A stretch of 64,000 bases of DNA from assembly GCA_965203485.1 (NCBI GenBank), contig OZ241892.1:736001-800000 (forward strand), read 5' to 3'. This document shows positions 12,001 through 18,756 of this stretch, in pieces. Position 1 is the stretch's first letter. Each line of letters starts with the position of its first letter. Below the pieces are notes generated by a model. It was given only the letters and a program-made list of their open reading frames with translations. It did no database searches and was not told the DNA's origin. The position numbers were made by a program, and so were the translations under genes. The DNA comes from Longimicrobiales bacterium (GTDB lineage Bacteria; Gemmatimonadota; Gemmatimonadetes; Longimicrobiales; Gaopeijiaceae).

Positions 12001-13076
12001 CGTCCGGCCTGCTCGTCGGCGTCGCCGGCGCGCGCAGCAGCTTCGAGACCGAGTTCGAGAGCGCCGTCAACGGCGCGGGCTCCGTCGCCGCGAGCCTGAC
12101 CAGCGTGCATCCCTACGTGCACTGGTCGCCCACCGGAGGACTCGGCCTCTGGGCCCTCGCAGGCGCAGGAACCGGCGACGCGACGCTCGACGAAGCCGCC
12201 GGCGGCCGGTTCGGCGCCGACATCGCGATGCTGATGGGCGCGCTCGGTGCGCGCCGCGAGCTGGCCGGCGGCATCGCGCTCAAGGCCGACGCGTTCTCCG
12301 TGCGCGTCCGCTCCGACGACGCGGCCGACCTGGCAGGCGTGACCGCGCGCGCGCACCGCGTCCGGCTCGCGCCCGAAGTCGCGAAGACCTGGGCGCTCGG
12401 CGGCGAAGCGTCGCTGCGCACGCGGCTCGAGCTCGGCGCGCGCCTCGACGCCGGCGACGCCGAGACCGGGTTGGGCGCCGAGGCCGGCGGCGAAGCGTCG
12501 TTCGACCACGCGCCCACCGGCCTGTCCGTCGCGATGCGCGGGCGCGCGCTGCTCGCGCACCAGGCCGAGGGCTTGCGCGAATGGGGCGCCGGCGTCTCGT
12601 TCCGGCTCCAGCCCGGCGGGACCGCCGAAGACGGCCTGTCGCTCTCCGTCGAGCCGGCATGGGGCGCCGCCACCGGCGCCACCGGCGAACTCTGGCGCCA
12701 AGGCCCCGCCGCCATCGGTCCCGCCGCCCAGGCGGCGCACCCGGTTGCGCACCAGGCCGCGCCGTCCGGCTGGGCGCCCGGACGCATGGCCATGGAACTC
12801 GGCTGGGGCGTCGCGCTCGACAACGGCGCCACGATCACGCCCTTCGGACGCTGGAGCCAGGACGCAGGCGCCGGCCAGCGCTTCAACGCCGGCGCGCGCT
12901 TCTCGCTGCTCGGCCAGTCCGTCCAGTCCAGCACGGGCACCGGCGCCCACTCGCCCGCCGCCGGCCCCGCCGAGAGCCTGCGCTTCATCCTCCACCTCTA
13001 CGGCGAGCACGCCTCCTCGCCCCTCGAACCCCCGCAACGCCGCCTCGGCCTGGCAGGCGCCATCCAGCTCAGGTAG
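3..13076 (+). CDS. Giant repetitive surface adhesin, autotransporter-like; 5' end lies outside the window
   Basis: The 4357-aa ORF is open from the window edge. It has about 26 copies of a ~125-aa beta-rich domain (V.F...V.VTG.PQLAL.IG..TRQA.YASG.GT..L.FRY.V...DxDxDG.SI...AL.LNGGTI...HKVDG). These are followed by 4 cadherin repeats (FELAEN..., DPDEG, DYE, D.NEAP; ~9850-11065), one further Ig/cadherin-like domain (YFRDPDGD) and a C-terminal beta-barrel region (WTVWGR, GADYRF, SVHPY). Confidence 0.9.
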   Translation: MTAIPHQQNPWAVWFRYTVTEADLDENGISLPENALTNIGSVRLEGTLVEADNDLSAVTLTDTATHKVNGAKAVPHVTNTTIESDAGNDSTYARGDVIEIGIWFNEDVDVTGSPRLAMAVGTETRQAVYFAGTGGSSLVFRYEVGPGDVDTNGISIGSEALTLNGGTIRRAGSATVNAYLGLRVHRVADADTHKVDGTAGPPAVTKVLVTSDAGTDSTYAANDTVQVAVVFNESVDVTGTPRVALGIGLQTRQASYAGGTGTDSLTFRYVVASGDADADGLSIGASALALNGGTIKRAGAAVDATLSTANFVVVNAAAHKVLGSGATIVTGTSFASDAGTDSIYVEGDTVAVEVVFNQAVDVTGTPQLALVLSAVRQASYVSGTGTTTLTFKYVVAAGDSDTNGISYGRNALTLNGGTIRRAGTAVDVYLSLWTHVATDDRAHRVWEIPKVSSVSIPSSAGADQTWASGDIIDFFVVFDRAIAASVTASSGIHLTIGEDVRSGYIHNVNTGTRTLHWRYVPVQADLDADGLSVDSVTFGGSDYVRTAGAPAGAANANLDFTPIANASAHKVNGAQAVPHVTGTVVASDAGNDSTYAEGDTIEVGLVFSENVDVTGAPRLALGIGTATRQARYVAGTGGDSLVFRYVVGAGDEDADGLSVGAGALALGAGGTIRRAGSATVNAYLGLRVHTIANASAHKVALTPPSVSGVFFVTPANTGLAYASTDSVFGLADEIRAAVSFGVAVTAAGTPQLALGIGTQTRSAVLCDTTGANVLVFCYTVVAADSDSDGISVGANALTLPGGATLRATGSTTGANLSLAPWNFANSALFQVDGSKEVAPGVSGVAIASDAGTDSTYHRFEAIRVEVGFDRAVDVVGTPQLALGIGAATRQAGYASGTGTSTLTFQYSVGPSDSDADGVSIAASALALNGGTIEIAGGSAAAALGLGSHAIANAAAHKVAGDRPVVTGVSLGSPVTGDVFERGDTIEARVSFGRWVTVTGTPQLALTIGTATRQASYASGSGSGSLAFRYVVASGDADADGLSVGAGALGLNGGTIAVTGGTANALLELQTWHVITNSAGHKVDGGTLTAASVSGVSVASVPSGGDTYLLGDTIDVAVAFTRLVAVTGTPQLAIGIGSSTRQASYASGTGTDTLLFRYAVVAADADTNGLSIAAGALGLNGGTIADARDVSVAAGLGLGSSAVSNSTGHKVDGSRVRPARVLSVTLNTVPPTSQWNQFVAGDWMQVTVEFSAAVDVVGTPQVAIVIGTATRQAAYASGTGTATLVFRYQMHGYDPRDDDGIGVARDALALNGGTIRRAGSSDAALLDFGRAYTGTATNPAHRAGVSGIAVSSPGSGGTYGVGETIEVTVSLSHTAVLVSGAGPQLALGIGTQTRQASMVLGGGNTYNPLRFRYVVQAADADADGISIAANAITGGNVQSQHSVRPPFWGLGRLAIANDGMRKVDGSLGAVVSGLSIGSPPSGDTFERGDAIEVAVAFNRAVDVAGTPQLALAVDTLTRQASYASGTGTDTLVFRYVVVAADADTLGISIAANALSLNGGTIRQAGGTTNAVLGLGGHAVTNSSGHKVDGGTLTAASVSGVAITSAPSSDSTYGRTERIEVAVEFVRAVTVTGTPQLALGIGTATRQAAYASGSGTRTLVFRYVVVAADADSTGISIGASALALNGGAINDARDGTAAASLGLGSHAVANDRSHKVDGSLGPPGVTGLSIGSPAVDTTFERGETIEVSVVFSRPVDVGGTPQLALGIGSATRQADYASGTGTDTLVFRYVVVAADADADGISIAAGALTLNGGTIRLAGGTLDAMRDLGANAVVNSAGHTVAGGTFTTPSVSAVTVSSAPASASTYELGESIEVKVAFSRPVAVTGTPRLALGIGTATRQADYDSASSSADTLVFGYAVRPADVDADGLSIAAGALALNGGTINDARPGATAASLDLGSNAITNAASHKVNGGLGPPGVTGLAVAPPPAGAVFERGDTIVATVRFNKAVDVTGTPQLALGIGTQTRQAAYASGTGTAALVFRYVVATADVDLDGLSVGASALALNGGTIDVSGGTTDALLSLERHAFENFLVVNGGLFTASSASGVSISSSPASDSTYGRTERIEVEVTFDRAVAVTGTPQLALTIGDSTRQASYASGTGTKTLAFGYVVVAADADANGLSVGPAALALNGGAIDDARDASEAAGLGLGSHAISNAAAHKVNGSLGPPGVTGVTLGSPPVGTTFERGDTIVAALAFNRAVDVTGAPQLALGIGSATKQAVYASGSGTSSLEFRYVVVTADVDADGLSVATTALGLNGGTVRLAGGTLDATLGLGTHAISNSAGHKVAGGTFTASGVTGVAVASSPASGATYGLGERIEVRVTFARAVAVTGTPQLALGIGAATRQADYAGGTGTPQLAFGYVVVAGDADSDGLSIGASALALNGGTIADGRDGSTAAALGLGSSAVADAAGHRVDATRGPPGVMGVTIGSPQVGDTFERGDTVEVEVEFNKPVAVTGAPQLALGIGAATKQAGYAGGSGTAALAFRYVVVSADADADGLSVAAGALALNGGTIKVSGGTADALLGLGAHAVANSGGHKVAGGTFTASSPSAASVTSAPASGDTYGLGERIEVRVTFARPVVVTGAPQLALGIGAATKQAGYAGGSGTRALVFGYVVASADADADGISVGASALSLNGGAIADARDGSTAAGLGLGSSAIANAGAHKVDGSVEGAPAVAGARLASAPSGGGSYGLGEEIRVAVRFDRAVAVTGTPELALGIGAATRQAGYASGSGTSELEFAYVVQAADADRDGISVGAGALSLSGGTLVVAGGTAAAVLSLGSHAIVNASGHAVAGTLEAAPVVTGARLVSSPANGSAYGLSERIAVALAFSRPVDVAGAPQLALGIGSATRQAGYASGSGTAELVFGYVVAGGDADADGVSVAAGALALNGGTIVIAGGRVAAVLSLGTHALSNVAGHLVDGSAETAPAVAGVTLASAPIGGGRYELGEEIRVHVRFDRAVAVTGSPQLALTIGAQTRTARFVRVVGYGAAARAGWAGVAAGYAGARWAGGSAGGAGGSAGALGATQGAALEFAYAVQAADADADGLSVGAGALSLNGGAITLLGGTAAAGLSLGGHALTNVGGHLVDGSVVSPPAVAGVEASRPQSGGRWRAGQTIEIAVVFDRPVSVTGGPRLALAMGTRTVHAALASASGRRVEFAYEVRPHDRAPNGIALAAGALDASGAAIVSAADGSTPAALSLGSHAFASDPTRRVEGGGGEPEPGRPPKFGAESYAFELAENVAGAVVVGAVSAVDPDEGDEVYYRLREGGGGLFEVDETSGEVSYVGAGEDYEAGPREHALVVSAADVGGLASTVRVTVKVTNANEAPAFERASWTFELAENAAGPIVLGTVSATDPDEGEALSYSLVSGGGGLFELDAASGAVRYVGAGEDYETGPREHALAVAVADAGGLRAAAGVVIAVADADEAPVFERASWTFELAENAAGPIVLGTVSATDPDEGEALSYGLVSGGGGLFELDAATGEVSYVGAGEDYETGPREHALVVAATGADGLAAQAAVVVTVADVNEAPVFEQASWTFELAENAAGPLAVGAVAAADEDEGDVLSYSLVSGGGGLFELDAASGAVRYVGAGEDYETGPREHALVVAATDRGGLAATANATVVVTDVNEAPEATAQIAVAALDAHGAAVQETLDAYFRDPDGDALAYAAESSDTAVAAASVAGGVLTIRPFAIGTASVTVTATDPGGLAAEQTVAVVVEASRSERARVLEGALAAFGRSLGAEAVDVIGGRLGIESAGGLGRSHLQLGGRSIACDGGATGGGACGWRALARSASGLLGVQVALPTTGGPRGAQSAGALDPAALLFGGPGVATGGAGGLGGLGMGGDYQGQQEPAPPTPGGVTLNPLSGGDLLERSSFQLSLGGGAASDSGAFGAQDAAGLRPGWTVWGRAGMGGYEGRPADGLRFGGGRARSAHLGADYRFASGLLVGVAGARSSFETEFESAVNGAGSVAASLTSVHPYVHWSPTGGLGLWALAGAGTGDATLDEAAGGRFGADIAMLMGALGARRELAGGIALKADAFSVRVRSDDAADLAGVTARAHRVRLAPEVAKTWALGGEASLRTRLELGARLDAGDAETGLGAEAGGEASFDHAPTGLSVAMRGRALLAHQAEGLREWGAGVSFRLQPGGTAEDGLSLSVEPAWGAATGATGELWRQGPAAIGPAAQAAHPVAHQAAPSGWAPGRMAMELGWGVALDNGATITPFGRWSQDAGAGQRFNAGARFSLLGQSVQSSTGTGAHSPAAGPAESLRFILHLYGEHASSPLEPPQRRLGLAGAIQLR

Positions 13077-13279
13077 ACCCCCGACGCGCGGCTCCGCCGG
13101 CCAAAGCGCGCCAAGCCCCCCGCACCGGCCCCTCGGCCGTGGCGAGGCTTGGCGCGCTTCCGCCGAGCGCCGCCAAGCCGCCCTCGCATTCGCCCCAATC
13201 GATATCCGCGCCGCTTCCGACCGTTCGAGCGGCGCCGACGGGGGCTCGGACGGGTTGCGGTGCTGTCCGATGCCAGGAG

Positions 13280-13640
13280 CTGCGCGGCGGCGATCTCCTC
13301 CGCCATCTCCCGCAGGCCGACCGCCTCGACGCCTCCTCCCTTGGGGCACCTGTCGTCGCCGTGAACCAGGAAGGCCCTGGTCGGCCGCGACGTCGTCCAG
13401 CGCGGCGCGAAACCCTCGCGGAACGGACGGGGATGTTGCTTCGCGTGATCTCCACGGCCCACAAGCGGCCGCCCGGCATTCCAGCCAGAAGGTCGATCTC
13501 CGCCCCGGTGGCCGTCAGGTAGAGTGAGAAGCTGGCCTGGGTTCCCTCGGGCGCCGCGCCGATCAACGTCTCGACCGCGAAGCCCTCCCAACTCGGACCC
13601 GCCACTGGATGGCCCAGCGCTTCGTCGGAGCTTAGGTGCT
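13280..13640 (-). pseudogene. 3' fragment of an AAA+/DUF4143 ATP-binding protein gene (frameshifted)
   Basis: It reads GHPVAGPSWEGFAVETLI...ATGAEIDLL...GRLWAVEITRS, then shifts frame to AFLVHGDDRCPKGGGVEAVGLREMAE. This matches the C-terminus of 14179-15387; the ATPase domain is absent. Confidence 0.85.
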
Positions 13641-13741
13641 GGACCACGCCCTGGAATTCGCTGGACATGCCGGGCCGTCTTCCCGAGACATGACGGCACA
13701 TCGGAACACGGCGGTCTTGCCCGAAGCGCCAGCCTTGCCGA

Positions 13742-13817
13742 GAGATGGCATGCCCGCGCGAACATGGCATGTCGGTGAGAACATGGTAGAGTCACCGAAA
13801 TATGGTAGATACACTGA
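13742..13817. repeat. Four phased 19-bp imperfect direct repeats
   Basis: gagatggcatgcccgcgcg / aacatggcatgtcggtgag / aacatggtagagtcaccga / aatatggtagatacactga, starting at 13742, 13761, 13780 and 13799. Confidence 0.7.
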
Positions 13818-13844
13818 ACGCCTTGGTCCGCGGCAGGTCAAGTG

Positions 13845-14125
13845 CACGACCTCCCAACCCGTCCCACCGGCGTTGCAGGTACTTGACGACGAGGGTGCCG
13901 ATCGCACTGGTCGGGCTCGTGCTCGTTGCAGAGCAGGCAGTCGCCGTCCTGAAGGAACGGTCGGCCCGGCGCCGCGTGCTCTGCGGCGAACGCCTCCTTG
14001 ATCCGCCGCTCGCGCATGAGGACGTTGAAGCAGGGCTCGTAGCCGACCCAGTCGATTTGCTTCTTTCTTTAGTCCGCCAGCAGTTCGGGAGTTGGGCCAG
14101 GACCGGCATGTGGACATAGCCCACA
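13845..14125 (-). pseudogene. DUF488-family protein, C-terminal remnant
   Basis: Stitching minus-strand frames gives YVHMPVL/GPTPELLAD*RKKQIDWVGYEPCFNVLMRERRIKEAF...DGDCLLCNEHEPDQCDR/TLVVKYLQRRW/EVVHL. The CLLCxE...CHR-like and final V.HL motifs are typical of DUF488. It has an internal stop and frameshifts. Confidence 0.65.
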
Positions 14126-14178
14126 CCGCACCTCCCGCGCGCGGGCGAGCGCGTCCGCGTCTTCGTGCCGGCGCCGTC

Positions 14179-15387
14179 CTACGCCGCCGCGACCGTCTCC
14201 GCCATTTCCCGCAGGCCGACCGCCTCCACGCCGCCTCCCTTCGGGTACCGTTCGTCGCCTCCGTGGACCAGGAAGGCGCGGTCGGCGGGGATGTCGTCCA
14301 GCGCCGCACGGAACCCTCTCGGAACGGTTGGGGCGTTGCTTCGCTTCACCTCCATGGCCCACAAGCGGCCGCCCGGCATCTCCATCACGAGGTCGATCTC
14401 GGCCCCCGTAGCCGTGCGATAGAAGCTGGCCTGCGCTTCGGGGGCCGCGCGGATCAACGTCTCGACGGCGAAGCCCTCCCAGCTCGCGCCGGCGACCGGG
14501 TGCCCCAGCACGTCGTCGGCCGTGGCCAGCCGCAGCAGGGCGTGAACGAGGCCGCTGTCGCGGATGTAGACCTTCGGCGACTTGACCAGACGCTTGCGGA
14601 CGTTGGCGTGGAACGGCGGCAGGCGCCGCACCAGCAGGAGGTCCACCAGGAGGTCCAAGTAGCGGGCGACCGTCTTGCCGTCCACGGCCAAGCTGCGAGC
14701 CAGCCGCGCGCCGTTCCAGGTTCCGCCTTGGGAGTGGGCCAGCATGGTCCAGAAACGGCGCAGAGTAACGGCAGGGATGCGCGGCCCGAGTTGCGGTATG
14801 TCGCGCTCCAAGTACGTGCGGACGAAGTTCTCGCGCCACCCGGCGGAGGCCCGGTCGCCGGGCGCGAGGAAGGAACGGGGAAAGCCGCCCCTAGCCCAAA
14901 GGTCCAAGACTTCGTCCCCGCCGACTTCTCGGACATCCAAGGGCGGGAGTTCCAAGTAGCCGATCCGCCCCGCGAGGCTCTCGCTCGACTGGCGCAGCAG
15001 ATCGATGGAGGCCGAGCCCAGGAGCAGGAACTGGCCCGACGGCTCGCCGTCGCGAATGCGCTCGTCGATGATCCCTCGCAACACCGGGGACAACTCGGGC
15101 GTCCGATGGATTTCGTCGAGAATCACGAGGCGGTCCCGGACGGTCTCCAGGTACCCGGCGGCGTCGGACAGCCGGTCCAGGTGGGCTGGGTTTTCCAGGT
15201 CCAGGTACAGCGCCTCGCAAGGCGCGCCGCGTCCGCCGCCGGCCGGTGCGGGGCCCTCGTCCGCGACGGCTCGAGCCAGAGTGGTCTTGCCCGCTTGTCG
15301 CGGCCCGAGCAACCCGACGACCGGAAAGACGGCCAAGTACTCCCGCAGGCGCGTTGCCAGCAGGCGGGGGACGAATCGGTCGTTCAT
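14179..15387 (-). CDS. ATP-binding protein, AAA_14 + DUF4143 family
   Basis: Walker A GPRQAGKTT, Walker B ILDEIH, LLGSAS, GGFP, KSPKVYIRDSGL, and a C-terminal EIDLV...AMEVK PD-(D/E)xK-like motif. Confidence 0.92.
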   Translation of the reverse strand: MNDRFVPRLLATRLREYLAVFPVVGLLGPRQAGKTTLARAVADEGPAPAGGGRGAPCEALYLDLENPAHLDRLSDAAGYLETVRDRLVILDEIHRTPELSPVLRGIIDERIRDGEPSGQFLLLGSASIDLLRQSSESLAGRIGYLELPPLDVREVGGDEVLDLWARGGFPRSFLAPGDRASAGWRENFVRTYLERDIPQLGPRIPAVTLRRFWTMLAHSQGGTWNGARLARSLAVDGKTVARYLDLLVDLLLVRRLPPFHANVRKRLVKSPKVYIRDSGLVHALLRLATADDVLGHPVAGASWEGFAVETLIRAAPEAQASFYRTATGAEIDLVMEMPGGRLWAMEVKRSNAPTVPRGFRAALDDIPADRAFLVHGGDERYPKGGGVEAVGLREMAETVAAA

Positions 15388-15535
15388 CCCTGCAATTATG
15401 GCACGACGGCCCGAGATTGCAAGAGACCGAGCCCGCCGTCCGTGCCAATGCGTACGGCCAACCTAACGGGGGGGTGTCAACCTTTGGTCAACTTGGGCCG
15501 CTGATGCGGCCCGTCGCCTGGCGGCCGAGGTCGGC

Positions 15536-16606
15536 CTACCGAAACGCCGCCTGAATCTTCTCCAGCGCCGCCGCGCCCGGACACAGCTCCTCGAACGCGC
15601 AGTGCGCCAGCGGCTCGTCCACCGTGCCCTGGACGCGGTGGAAATCGGTCGCGCCCCGGCGTTCATCCGGCGGTTCCACATGCAGGAGTCCCGTCGCGAC
15701 TTCGCCGGCCCGCTGGCGCTCCCGGACGTAGGCGTAGACCCGGTCCCGGTCGCGGGGGTCGTAGTCCGCGGGCACCTTGCGGAACCGGATGCGGCTGCCG
15801 TCGTGCATGACGACGGTGCGCGCGTCGCCGGCCTTGTAGGTGGTCTCGATCTCGTCGGCCGGGGGCACGAAGTCGGCGTGCACGGCGGCGTTCACGTGCT
15901 CCCGCGTGTACTGGTAGCTCTTCGTGGAGCCGTGGTGGTCGTTGAAGGTGACGCAGGGCGAGATGACGTCGACCAACGCGAATCCCCGGTGGCGCAGGCC
16001 GGCCTTGAGAATGGGGACGAGCTGCTCCTTGTCGCCCGAGAAGCTCCTGGCCACGAAGCCCGCGCCCAGGCTGAGCGCGAGCAGCACGGGATCGATGGGA
16101 TGCTCGCGGCTCACCTGCCCGCGCTTGGCCTTCGAGCCTCGGTCGGCCGACGCCGAGAACTGGCCCTTGGTCAGGCCGTACACGCCGTTGTTCTCCAGCA
16201 CGTACAGCATGTTCACGTTGCGGCGGACGACATGGGCGAACTGGCCCATGCCGATCGACAGGCTGTCGCCGTCGCCGGACACGCCGATGCACATCAGCTC
16301 CCGGTTGGCCGCGTGCGCGCCCGTGGTGATGGAGGGCATCCGGCCGTGGACGGCGTTGAACCCGTGTGCCTCCTTGAGGAAGTAGGCCGGCGTCTTGCCG
16401 CTGCAGCCGATCCCCGAGGTCTTGGCGACCTTGTGGGGCTCGACGTCCATCTCCCAGAACGCTTGCACAATGGCCGCGGTGATGGAGTCGTGGCCGCATC
16501 CGGCGCACAGCGTGGACATGCCGCCTTCGTAGTCGCGGCGCGTCAGGCCCAGCCGGTTCTTGACGAGTCCGGGGTGCGCGACCCGGGGCTTGGCGATGTG
16601 GGTCAC
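15536..16606 (-). CDS. korB: 2-oxoacid:ferredoxin oxidoreductase beta subunit
   Basis: LCAGCGH, SGIGCS, HGR, the TPP motif GDGD...NNGVYGLTKGQ and SPCVTFN. Confidence 0.93.
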   Translation of the reverse strand: MTHIAKPRVAHPGLVKNRLGLTRRDYEGGMSTLCAGCGHDSITAAIVQAFWEMDVEPHKVAKTSGIGCSGKTPAYFLKEAHGFNAVHGRMPSITTGAHAANRELMCIGVSGDGDSLSIGMGQFAHVVRRNVNMLYVLENNGVYGLTKGQFSASADRGSKAKRGQVSREHPIDPVLLALSLGAGFVARSFSGDKEQLVPILKAGLRHRGFALVDVISPCVTFNDHHGSTKSYQYTREHVNAAVHADFVPPADEIETTYKAGDARTVVMHDGSRIRFRKVPADYDPRDRDRVYAYVRERQRAGEVATGLLHVEPPDERRGATDFHRVQGTVDEPLAHCAFEELCPGAAALEKIQAAFR

Positions 16607-16613
16607 GGCGGCG

Positions 16614-18719
16614 TCATCCTCCGGGCGAGGCGGCGGCCGCCGCCTCGGCTAGCGTCCGCAGGTAAGGCTCTATGGCGTCCATCACGTGATGGCAGCTCAG
16701 GGGCAACCCCCCGTAGTAGAGCACCGGGACCAGCCGGTCCTTGGACGCTCCGGTCTCGGCGGCGAGCAGCTTGCGGAGCTGGCCGTCGCGGTTCTGCTCG
16801 ACGACAAAGTTGGTCTCGTGGCGGGCCAAGAAGGACTCCACTTCCGGATGGAACGGGAAGGCGCGAACCCGGAGAAAGTCCGCGGCGATTCCGCGCCGGG
16901 CCAGCTCGTCCATGGCCTCGAGCACGGCGCCGCGGCAACCGCCGATCGTGACGAGCCCGATGCGCCCCCCGGCGGCCTCGGCCGCAACCCTCTCCGCGGG
17001 GCCGGACTGTCCGTTCGCCGCCGTGCCCGCGCCCGCGCTCGGACGCCCGTTGGCGCCCGTGCCCGCTTCGGCCCCGTCCCTTCCGCTCGCCGCCGCGTCC
17101 GCGTCCTGGCCGCCTTCCGCCGCCGAGGCTTCCGCCCACGCGATCTCCGGCGGCGGCAGGCGCGAAACCGCTCCCTCGATCTTGCGCGCCAGCCGGTCCA
17201 GCACGTCCGAGTACGGCTCCGAGTCCTCCGTGTAGGCCCCGTAGCGGTCGTGCCCCGACCCGCGCGTCACGAACGCGCCGTTGGGATGCACGCCGGGCAG
17301 CGTGCGTGCGGGGATGCCGTCGCCGTCCTTGTCCAGGTAGCGGTGGAACGTCCGGGTCTCCTCCAGCTGGGCCGCGGACAGCACCTTCCCCCGGTCGGGC
17401 CGGTAGGCGTCGTCCCACTCCAGCTTCGGCACGACCCAGTCGTTCATGCCGATGTCCAGGTCGGTCAGAACGAACACCGGCGTCTGCAGGCGCTCCGCCA
17501 AGTCGAACGCCTCGACCGCGAAGTCGAAGCACTCGCGAGGATCGGCCGGAAAGAGGACCACGTGCTTGGTGTCGCCGTGCGACGCGTAGGCCGCGAATTG
17601 AAGGTCGCCTTGCTGGGTGCGCGTGGGCATCCCCGTGGACGGTCCGACGCGCTGCACGTCGAAGAACACCGACGGCACCTCGGCGTAGTAGGCCAATCCG
17701 ATGAACTCGCTCATCAGCGACAATCCAGCGCCGCTCGTGGACGTGAAGGCGCGCGCGCCCGCCCAGGCGGCCCCCACCACCATTCCCGCCGCCGCCAGCT
17801 CGTCTTCGGCCTGCACGATGGCGAAGCGGTTCTTGCCCGTGCCGGGTTCCTTGCGGTGCTTGCCGCAGAAGGCGGCGAAGGCGTCCACCAGCGACGTGGA
17901 AGGCGTGATCGGGTACCAGGCGGCCACCGTCGCGCCCGCGTACATGCAACCCAGCGCGGCCGCGGTGTTGCCGTCCACGAGGATCGAGTCATCGTTGCCC
18001 GCCATGGGCTCCAGGCGCACGGGCAAGGGGCAGTCGAAGCGCTCGCGGGCGTAGTCGTGCCCCAGCGCGATCGCGCGGAAGTTGGCGTCCAGCAGCTTGG
18101 GCTTGGCGGAGAACGTCTCGCGCAGGAGCTCCTTGACCACGTCCAGGTGGATGTCCAGAAGAGCCGCCAGCGCTCCAACGTAGCAGATGTTCTTCATGAG
18201 GATGCGCGTGCGCGATCCCTCGAAGTTCTCCACGGTCATCCGGGCCAGGGGAACGCCCAGAAAGGTCACGTCGTCCCTGTCCAGTCCGCGCGGCAGGGGC
18301 CAGCTGGAGTCGTGGAGGACCCAGCCGCCCGGTGCCGTCTCGGCGACGTCGCGGGCGTAGCTCTCAGGGTTCATGGCCACGACGACGTCGAAGCGCGCCG
18401 TGCGGGCGGTGTGGCCGCGCGCGTTGGCGCGGATCTCGTACCAAGTGGGCAGGCCTTGGATGTTGGACGGGAAGAGGTTCTTCCCGGACACCGGGACGCC
18501 CATGCGAAAGATTGCCCGGCGAAGCAGGCCGTTCGCGCTCGCGGAGCCCGTGCCGTTGACGGTGCCGATCTTGAAGGCCAGGTCGTTGACTCGCGGCCGG
18601 GGCGGGGGTGCGGGACCGCCGGACGCCGATTCGGACGCGCGCGGCCCTGCGGCGGGCTCGCCCGCGCTTGCCGTGGACGGAGGGCTGCCGGCGGGGCTGG
18701 CGGCCGGGGGACGCGGCAT
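16614..18719 (-). CDS. korA: 2-oxoacid:acceptor oxidoreductase alpha subunit (start uncertain)
   Basis: NGTGSASAN, YPITPSTS, QAEDELAA, TSGAG, QRVGPSTGMPTRTQQGD and VEQN motifs; adjacent to the beta subunit. Confidence 0.92.
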   Translation of the reverse strand: MPRPPAASPAGSPPSTASAGEPAAGPRASESASGGPAPPPRPRVNDLAFKIGTVNGTGSASANGLLRRAIFRMGVPVSGKNLFPSNIQGLPTWYEIRANARGHTARTARFDVVVAMNPESYARDVAETAPGGWVLHDSSWPLPRGLDRDDVTFLGVPLARMTVENFEGSRTRILMKNICYVGALAALLDIHLDVVKELLRETFSAKPKLLDANFRAIALGHDYARERFDCPLPVRLEPMAGNDDSILVDGNTAAALGCMYAGATVAAWYPITPSTSLVDAFAAFCGKHRKEPGTGKNRFAIVQAEDELAAAGMVVGAAWAGARAFTSTSGAGLSLMSEFIGLAYYAEVPSVFFDVQRVGPSTGMPTRTQQGDLQFAAYASHGDTKHVVLFPADPRECFDFAVEAFDLAERLQTPVFVLTDLDIGMNDWVVPKLEWDDAYRPDRGKVLSAAQLEETRTFHRYLDKDGDGIPARTLPGVHPNGAFVTRGSGHDRYGAYTEDSEPYSDVLDRLARKIEGAVSRLPPPEIAWAEASAAEGGQDADAAASGRDGAEAGTGANGRPSAGAGTAANGQSGPAERVAAEAAGGRIGLVTIGGCRGAVLEAMDELARRGIAADFLRVRAFPFHPEVESFLARHETNFVVEQNRDGQLRKLLAAETGASKDRLVPVLYYGGLPLSCHHVMDAIEPYLRTLAEAAAAASPGG

Positions 18720-18756
18720 CAGCGCGGCGGTGGCGGAAACCGTGCCGGCGAAGAAC

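Noticed and set aside
4340..13522. 3060-aa alternative-frame ORF overlapping the adhesin
   Set aside because: Arg/Gly-rich shadow frame produced by high GC and biased codon use in a repetitive gene; it has no domain motifs.
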